A stretch of DNA of 64,000 nt from Yuukianura sp. NJ FZ-2021. Its lineage: Eukaryota. Shown here in pieces: positions 1 to 6,499 of the stretch. The notes under the pieces are model-generated. The model did no database searches, was not told the DNA's origin, and saw only the letters and a program-made list of their open reading frames with translations. The DNA lies in assembly GCA_046563655.1 (NCBI GenBank), contig CM102287.1:186001-250000 (forward strand), given 5' to 3'. The first letter of the stretch is position 1; each line of letters opens with the position of its first letter. The position numbers were made by a program, and so were the translations under genes.

Positions 1-330
1 AAGCCTTTCCTCGGGAGATTTAGGAGACGGAGACCTTGGTCGGCTCCAAAAATAAATGGAAGGCGGGAACTTCTCGCGCAGGACAGAATCGAGGTACATG
101 AGCTTGGAGGTCGTGAGGCCTCTGCCAGTTTTATGCCAGGAGGTAGGAATGGCTTCGATAATCGCAGGATTCAAGTTACGCTTGGCATAGTAAACGATTT
201 CAGAGTCTGTAGGCTTTCGCTGGAGAGCAGATTCTATCTTAGGGATCAAACGCTTCAGGAAATCAGTGACGATCTCTCCGTCCCACTGAGGAAAATCAAG
301 TTTAGGTCTGGCTGATCGCTGAGAAGACAT
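1..330 (-). CDS. ORF3 downstream of integrase (110 codons, open at window edge), unknown or Gag-capsid-like protein
   Basis: Manual translation from ATG 330-328: MSSQRSARPKLDFPQWDGEIVTDFLKRLIPKIESALQRKPTDSEIVYYAKRNLNPAIIEAIPTSW...SPSPKSPEERL, with no stop. It is absent from the ORF track because it is truncated by the window. Confidence 0.6.
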   Translation of the reverse strand, partial: MSSQRSARPKLDFPQWDGEIVTDFLKRLIPKIESALQRKPTDSEIVYYAKRNLNPAIIEAIPTSWHKTGRGLTTSKLMYLDSVLREKFPPSIYFWSRPRSPSPKSPEERL

Positions 331-360
331 GCTAAACCAACAAAAGAACAGAACGAAAAA

Positions 361-1560
361 TTAAATGCCTGTTGTACGATTACGTAACTGGTAACTACTC
401 TGTACAGGTACTGGCTTGGTCTTAACGACTTTAGCATAGGTCATAGGCTCAGGTAATGGTTCTGAAGGGCGGGAAAAATACCTTTTCAAATTGACTATGT
501 TATGTCTGCCTGCATTTTCCTCGGAACCAAACAACTTTAGGCCGTAAACTAAGGGCGTGACCTTCTCCGAAATGACATAAGGGCCTTCCCACTTAAATGC
601 AAACTTTTTCATGATTCCCTTAGCCTTGTCTGACTGTATGTGAGTGCGCAGAAGGACTAAATCACCTACTTCAAAGCTGTCTGACCTACGTTTTTGATTG
701 TAGTACTTGGCCTGAGAGGCTTGAGACTTTTCTAAATGTTCTCTGGCTAATCGATAGACTTTAGAAAGACGCTCTATCAGGGTCAATTGGTAGTCTGTCC
801 ACTCGGAAAATGCGTCGCTCTGAGAATCTTCTAAGGCCAAATCAAAGGGAGTGGAAAGCTCACGACCGAAATTTAACATAGAGGGACTAAAACCTGTCGA
901 ATCGCTAATCGCAGTACGCAAAGCCATGGCAACTTCTGGAAGATTCTCATCCCATTTTGAATGTTTACGTGCTACGTAGGCTCTAAGAATGGCTATGACG
1001 TTCCGATTGACACGCTCGGTAATGTTCGCCTGAGGATGATAGGTCGAAATGAATTTTAGCTTAACCTGCCAAGTTTTGCAAAGTTTCTTAAACAACTCAG
1101 AAGTGAATTGAGAACCATTGTCACTAAGTAACGCTCTAGGCCTACCGAAACGACAAAATACTTCCTGCTCGAGCTTTTTTGAACAATCTGAAAGGAGTCG
1201 TAGCTTCTCTAAGAGGAAAAATCTCAACCCATTTCGTAAAATGATCTGTCACGACTAGCAAAAACGTATTTTGACGTTGAGTTTTCGTAAGGGGGCCTAT
1301 CAAATCAAGGGCTAACATATCCCATGGACCTCTAGTCTGAACACTTTGGAGCTCACCTACTGGTTTCGTAGTGGGATTTTTAGTCTTTTGGCAAATGTCA
1401 CAGGACGTAACGAATTTGTAAATGTCCTCGTGCATACCAAACCAGAAAACTCGACGAAGTAAGCGATAAAGGGTCTTTCTGGAAGCCCATGTGACCTGAC
1501 TCTGGACGATCATGAAAATAACTCAGAACTTGGGAACGTAAAGAAGTAAGGAATGAAAGG
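361..1560 (-). CDS. Integrase, broken by frameshifts (~1548, ~1481, ~1175-1193)
   Basis: Removing extra homopolymer bases gives FHDRPESGHMGFRKT...CDIC (HHCC), then LALDLIGP, SDNGSQF, ERVNR (DDE) and WEGPY (GPY/F). Stop codon at 363-361. Confidence 0.88.
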
Positions 1561-3684
1561 AAGTTTTCCTGCGTACTTTCCTAATCGATAAAGGATTCCG
1601 TCGTGCACTACGAAATCTTTACCCATGTCAGTTAAAAGCGCTTGGACCTCTAAATCTTTACTTTGTTCCTCTTTGAGCTGATCTAAAGAAATTTCCCTTG
1701 TGAGTGAAAGAAAAATGGCGGGAGAAGAACTATTTAGTGGAAAATGTAAATTTTCGCGATGAACTTCTGCATCCTCACTTTCTCCTACTGGGGCTCTAGA
1801 CAAGGCGTCTGCTACAACGTTAAGTTTCCCTGGACAATGAGTAATAATGGGCTGAAAATCCTGAATTCTAAGGGCCCAACGGGTAAACTTACTGTTGACA
1901 TCTTTCATTTTGTCTAACCAAACTAGAGCTTTGTTGTCTGTCTCGAGGCGAAATCTCTGACCGTCAATGTAATGTTCGAATTTCTTAAGGGCAAACAAAA
2001 TACCTACACACTCAATTTCACTGGAACCGTAGTTCTTTTCTGCGTTATTTAGGGAACGACTGGCAAAAGCTATTGGTCTCTCAAAACCATTGATTTCCTG
2101 GGCAAGGACTGCAGAAACACCAACCTTGGACGCGTCCGTCCGGATGATGAACTCTTTAGAAAAATCGGGAAAAGCCAAAACTAAATTATCGGAACAAATC
2201 GCTGCTCTGAGCTTTAAAAATGCGGACTCCTGAGCATCTGACCAATCAAAGGGAACATCCTTATGTAACAATCTGTTAAGGGGCTCACTAACCTCCGAAA
2301 ACTTGTCGACAAACTGCCGATACCAGGAGCAAAGTCCTAAAAACTGACGAACTTGTTTAGGCGTCGTTGGCCTGGGGAACTCAGAAACTGCCGAAACTTT
2401 CTCCGGATCACGCTCAATTCCGTTAGGAGAAATGATGTAACCTAAGTACTTTAATGTAGTTTTGCCAAACTCACATTTATCCTTATTTACAGTAAGACCT
2501 GCAGATTGTAAACGTTCGAAAACGTACTTTAAGTGCTCTAAATGCTCTGTCCAAGAGTTGGAGTATACAATGATATCGTCAATGTATCCATCAGCAAAGC
2601 GACCTCTCGCTGTGCCCAGAACTTTATTTACAAGCCTTTGAAAAAGAGAAGGGGCTGACTTTAAACCAAAGGGCATTCGAGTGAATTGAAATTTCCCTTC
2701 ATGACAAATAAAAGCAGTATATTTGGCACTATTTTCATCTAAAGCTACTTGCCAATAGCCTTTCTTTAAATCAATGACAGAAAGAAACTTAGCTTGTCCT
2801 AAGTTGTGGAAAAGATAATCTAACCTAGGAATTGGGAATGGATCATGAGGAAGCCGCGCGTTAACTTTTCTCAAGTCCAGGGTAAATCTCCAAGATTCAC
2901 CTTTGTCTTTGGTGTGCATATATACAGGGGAAGCCCATTCAGATTCGGAGGGAACAATGACTCCTAACTTTAGCATTTCAGAAATGTTGTCAGCAATCAA
3001 TTGTCTTTTAAAGGGACTAACGGGATAGGGCTTGGAAGCAATTGGGGGTCCAGGAGACGGTGTCAACTCACACTTAACCCAATCAGTCAGGCCTAACTGA
3101 GAAGAGAAAAGTGAAGGAAAACTATCGGTAAGGGTCTTTAATTCCTGAGACTGTACGTCACTGAGGCCAAGAAGTGCGCACAAGTACTCGCGATTGTGAA
3201 AGTCGTATTCCAATCTACCTTTAGTTTTTGTCCCGTTAATGGAAAAAGTACCGTCATGAAAATCTGGAACCAAATGATAGTTCCGAATGAAGTCAAGTCC
3301 GAGAATTAATGGAAAAGGGGGAGACTGGAGTACGTGTACTCGTTGGACATAATCGTCTGTGTGAATTTTGAATTTTAAATCAGCTGAACCTAAAGTACTG
3401 ATCGTACTAGAGTCACCAATCGTTAACGTTACTTTACAATCCTTAGAAAAAATCAATCCCAACTTATTTGCTAAGGAAAGAGAAATGTGGGAATACGTAG
3501 AGAGAGAATCTAGGTGGGCTGAATGCACCGAATTCCGAATTCGTACCATTATGGTGGGAGCTGCTTTAGAAAAATTTAATTGTGGAAGGATAGGGGGCTC
3601 CCGTCCTACCTTCCTTGGGGGTTTGGATCCCTGGGAACTTGATGGGGCAGGGTGTAAACTACAACGTCTATTCCCCTCATGCAT
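1510..3684 (-). CDS. pol: Pol: aspartic protease, reverse transcriptase, RNase H
   Basis: PR: LDSLS and LILGLDF. RT: DLRKVN, IDLKKGYWQ, MPFGLKSAP, YIDD (2586-2575), YLG. RNase H: TDAS, EIE, TDN, ADALSR. The true start is likely by fusion or frameshift from upstream. Confidence 0.93.
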   Translation of the reverse strand: MHEGNRRCSLHPAPSSSQGSKPPRKVGREPPILPQLNFSKAAPTIMVRIRNSVHSAHLDSLSTYSHISLSLANKLGLIFSKDCKVTLTIGDSSTISTLGSADLKFKIHTDDYVQRVHVLQSPPFPLILGLDFIRNYHLVPDFHDGTFSINGTKTKGRLEYDFHNREYLCALLGLSDVQSQELKTLTDSFPSLFSSQLGLTDWVKCELTPSPGPPIASKPYPVSPFKRQLIADNISEMLKLGVIVPSESEWASPVYMHTKDKGESWRFTLDLRKVNARLPHDPFPIPRLDYLFHNLGQAKFLSVIDLKKGYWQVALDENSAKYTAFICHEGKFQFTRMPFGLKSAPSLFQRLVNKVLGTARGRFADGYIDDIIVYSNSWTEHLEHLKYVFERLQSAGLTVNKDKCEFGKTTLKYLGYIISPNGIERDPEKVSAVSEFPRPTTPKQVRQFLGLCSWYRQFVDKFSEVSEPLNRLLHKDVPFDWSDAQESAFLKLRAAICSDNLVLAFPDFSKEFIIRTDASKVGVSAVLAQEINGFERPIAFASRSLNNAEKNYGSSEIECVGILFALKKFEHYIDGQRFRLETDNKALVWLDKMKDVNSKFTRWALRIQDFQPIITHCPGKLNVVADALSRAPVGESEDAEVHRENLHFPLNSSSPAIFLSLTREISLDQLKEEQSKDLEVQALLTDMGKDFVVHDGILYRLGKYAGKLPFIPYFFTFPSSELFS

Positions 3685-4097
3685 AATTCAGACCAAATAA
3701 TGTGGGAAATAATGTTCCATCGTCCTCTGGAAAGACCTACTCCAATTCTGGGCATGTGGACAACTGAATTTGTGTCTAAGGCTCGTTTGGCTACAGTTTG
3801 TAAAGCTACACGAAGAGCATCGTAGTCAATTGGGACTGGCTCGTTGGGATGTCCTTGGGCTATCATGTTGGCAACTTCTATGTCTTTGGCTACTTGGACA
3901 AACTGTACATGACCTCTCTGAATTGGGGCTCGTAATTTTCTGTACTCCATTTCTGGAGCACGAAATGCCTTGGAAAGCGAAGTGACAAAACCTTTTCCCC
4001 AAAAACCCTGATCGTTACAAATGTGTGCCAAGATACAACGTTGATTCTTTAAAATGGGCTGAGTTGCATCGCCAGTAACATGATGAATTTGACCTTT
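3645..4097 (-). CDS. Macrodomain, SCO6735/TARG1(Poa1p)/DarG-like ADP-ribosylhydrolase class, within ORF 3606-4553
   Basis: Motifs IHHVTGDAT, ILAHICNDQGFWGKGFV, GHVQFVQV, VANMIAQ, IDYDAL, VHMPRIGVGLSRGRW and VVVY occur in canonical macrodomain order. Confidence 0.88.
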
Positions 4098-4182
4098 CTG
4101 GGGAGGATTAGGAGTACTGGAAGTTAAAGGAACGAAAACTGGAGAATCAAACAATGACGGAAGAGCGACCTTCTCCTGCGAG

Positions 4183-5433
4183 TCACTCCTCCTTAAACTT
4201 TTGGGTAACCGCCCTGATTTGTTTTCCTCGCTTTTTGGGACATTGTGGAGCGTAGTGACCCTTCTGGTTACAGTAGAAGCACGTGACCTGATCGATTGAC
4301 CATTCTCTAGAGGGTGGAGGTTGACCTGAACTACCCTGTCTACTCTCATTTCCTGGGGGTGGACGACCTTTACCATAATTGCTAGGCTGAACTGAACCTG
4401 ATGCAGCTGGAGGACGCTGTGCATTGGAACTAGAAGATCCTGAATCGTTAGAAGCCCTAGGCTGATACCGTGCAGAAGTTCTCTCTTTAAGTCTTTGATT
4501 GTACTCAGAAAAATCATCGGAAGTTTTCGCTCGAAGGAGGGGCTTATTCTCAAATCGCCTAGTCCTATTCAAGTCTCCTATAATCTCTTTACCATGTGAA
4601 ATGAGCTCTGCTATCCCTGTAGCCTGCGAAGATCTAAGCAAAAGAGAGATTTCTGGGATACACGAATTAATGATTCTGTCCCTAATCGTTTCTGTGGAAA
4701 CCTGAGGATCGATTCTCCTGTAGGAATTTGAAATGTCCCACGCAAAAGTTTCAAAAGATTCAGCAAAAAATTGTTTTCGAGAAAATAATTCAGCAAGAAG
4801 TTTGTCTTTTGACTGACCGACTCCCTCATAATTTTGAAAAACGACTTTAAAATCTTCCCAGGTTGTGATACTGTCCTTCGTATCCAACCACCATCGAAAA
4901 GTGTCAGAATCTTTGTGGAACATTCGGCTAATTAATACCAATTTCCCTTCTTCAGTTAAATTTTTCAGAGCAAAATAATCTTCAGCGTCTTTAAAGAAAG
5001 CTTGAATTGGCATACGCTGCGAATATTTGGGAATAGGAATCACTGCTGCTTGTTCCACTAATAAAACTTGGGGCGCGTTAGGTGGTGTGATAGCTAGTGC
5101 GGGTGCGGTACTGGGTTGGGGTGCGGCAACCACTGGCGCGGCGGTTAATTGTTGTGCTTGCATAGCCGCTAATTGTGCTTGTAAAGTTTGTAATTGTTGA
5201 CGAAGGTCAGCAATTACAACGTCTTTATTATCCGGGGGGTCCATAATTGCGAGTGAATCTGAAAATTCCTCCTCTGAATCTGATTTGTTTTCGTTAATTA
5301 CTGGGGAAATCAAAAGAACAGACGGGGGTGCGCTTTTCGCCCGCTCCGGTTCAGCAGGGACAAGTAGTCCTGTGTGGGAAGCCTCTGCTTGAGACTTTTG
5401 TAATTCCCGACTCGCACTGCGGGTGATTACCAT
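4183..5433 (-). CDS. gag: Gag polyprotein (coiled-coil, capsid-like region, CCHC zinc knuckle)
   Basis: 416-aa ORF. CFYCNQKGHYAPQC (CX2CX4HX4C) at 4281-4240. Capsid-like WW...TWEDFK...F and QxxxESFETF segments. Confidence 0.9.
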   Translation of the reverse strand: MVITRSASRELQKSQAEASHTGLLVPAEPERAKSAPPSVLLISPVINENKSDSEEEFSDSLAIMDPPDNKDVVIADLRQQLQTLQAQLAAMQAQQLTAAPVVAAPQPSTAPALAITPPNAPQVLLVEQAAVIPIPKYSQRMPIQAFFKDAEDYFALKNLTEEGKLVLISRMFHKDSDTFRWWLDTKDSITTWEDFKVVFQNYEGVGQSKDKLLAELFSRKQFFAESFETFAWDISNSYRRIDPQVSTETIRDRIINSCIPEISLLLRSSQATGIAELISHGKEIIGDLNRTRRFENKPLLRAKTSDDFSEYNQRLKERTSARYQPRASNDSGSSSSNAQRPPAASGSVQPSNYGKGRPPPGNESRQGSSGQPPPSREWSIDQVTCFYCNQKGHYAPQCPKKRGKQIRAVTQKFKEE

Positions 5434-5829
5434 GAAAGAAAACTAAAAAAAACAACAAAAACTGAAATTTAGAAATTAATTTTGAATGATTTACTGAAAT
5501 TTACGCGGCATAATTGGAAAAAGTTTTGAATTTAAACTTTGAAAAGAATTTGCACTGCAAAAAGCCGAATTGTTAATTTGGGGTGCGGGACCGCGCTCGA
5601 CTTGAAAAATGTTAAGCAGAGCGGTGCACTCAGCACTGCTGTGCAAAACCGTACCGTATTGCTGTTATGCCTATAGGAAGGGGAAAACCATGCCGTTATC
5701 CGTACCAATGACCGAAATGTACCGTTTTCTACGGTAAACAATGATGAATCGGTGCTTAATCACTGATTAAGCATCGATTAATGATTAAAACATGAAATGG
5801 GAGAGCGGGGGAGGCAGTTCGAACACTGC

Positions 5830-5840
5830 TTTCGGCACCA
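5830..5840 (-). promoter_or_regulatory. Primer binding site TGGTGCCGAAA, complementary to the 3' end of tRNA-Phe
   Basis: Starts with TGG 2-4 nt downstream of the LTR end. 11 nt match the animal tRNA-Phe 3' end (...UUUCGGCACCA). Confidence 0.8.
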
Positions 5841-5940
5841 GATATGAGGGCTACGGGTAAGGATGCCTTGGACCTTGCCCGTGCTCTCAAATAAACAAAA
5901 GAAAAACCGAAAACCGAAACGACGATGTGTGGGCTACGAA

Positions 5941-5946
5941 TTTATT
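5941..5946 (-). promoter_or_regulatory. Candidate LTR polyadenylation signal AATAAA
   Basis: tttatt on the plus strand, about 100 nt before the LTR 3' end, inside an 8-9 bp hairpin. Confidence 0.55.
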
Positions 5947-6058
5947 CGTAGCTCATGACCTCTACACTAAACAATGGCCCTCTAGGGCAAAGAAAACAAT
6001 GGGCCTGAAGGGCCTAGAACCGAACCAATGAGGGAAGGGAGGGAAGGAAGCGGGTAAC

Positions 6059-6144
6059 AGGCCAATACCTGGCCTATGACCACTAACTGGTCAGTGACCA
6101 CTAACTGGTCATGACCACTAACTGGTCAGGGCCACTAACTGGCC
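6059..6144. repeat. Five tandem palindromic units (TGACCA-ctaac-TGGTCA type) in the LTR
   Basis: AGGCCAataccTGGCCT, three copies of TGACCActaacTGGTCA, and GGCCActaacTGGCC are read directly from the sequence. Confidence 0.85.
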
Positions 6145-6499
6145 TCAAGAGGACGTAGAGCGTCCATTTGACCTTACGGTGACCCTTTGGCTGGCGGAAG
6201 AAGACGAAGAGGACAGGCACGGCGTGGCAGGAGGATCTGCTGCTGCTGCTGCTGCTGACTGCATGAGAGCTGGAGTCCGAGTGAGTGCTCGTGCAGCTCG
6301 TGCTTCTGCTTCTGCTCTTCTTCTTTTTTGAATTCGGGGAAGCGGGAAGCGGGGAAACACTTATGGGCATTGCCCTAACTTTTATTTTTAATTGTTTTTA
6401 TCTATTTTATATTTTTAACTTAGCTTATACTTTTAATTAGTTGTTAATTGAGGATCATATCCTCACATACAAATTTCAAAATTTGTATGTGAGGACAAA

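Larger units (their letters stand above)
1..6467 (-). mobile_element. Ty3/Gypsy LTR retrotransposon (3' part outside window)
   Basis: Domain order gag(CCHC)-PR-RT(YIDD)-RNaseH-IN(HHCC, DDE, GPY) is the Ty3/Gypsy order. A PBS and an LTR-like segment lie upstream of gag. The 3' LTR is not in the window. Confidence 0.96.
5843..6467 (-). repeat. 5' LTR, ~620 bp (ends either TGTGAGG...CCTCATA at 6467/5843 or TGAGG...CCTCA at 6465/5845)
   Basis: Short terminal inverted repeats, direct adjacency to the PBS, minus-strand AATAAA at 5946-5941, and a boundary with satellite DNA. The second LTR is not available to fix the exact ends. Confidence 0.8.

Noticed and set aside
361..520. Chromodomain at the integrase C-terminus
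   Set aside because: The tail after the GPY module is short and lacks the chromodomain aromatic-cage pattern.
3368..4829. Antisense or alternate-frame ORFs overlapping gag and pol (also 133-315, 255-437, 5532-5741)
   Set aside because: They are shadow ORFs of real coding frames or UTR and contain no motifs.
6101..6370. Ser/Arg-rich and Ala-rich ORFs in the LTR
   Set aside because: They are low-complexity and driven by (GCT)n and CTT repeats, with no recognisable domain. Expression cannot be excluded.
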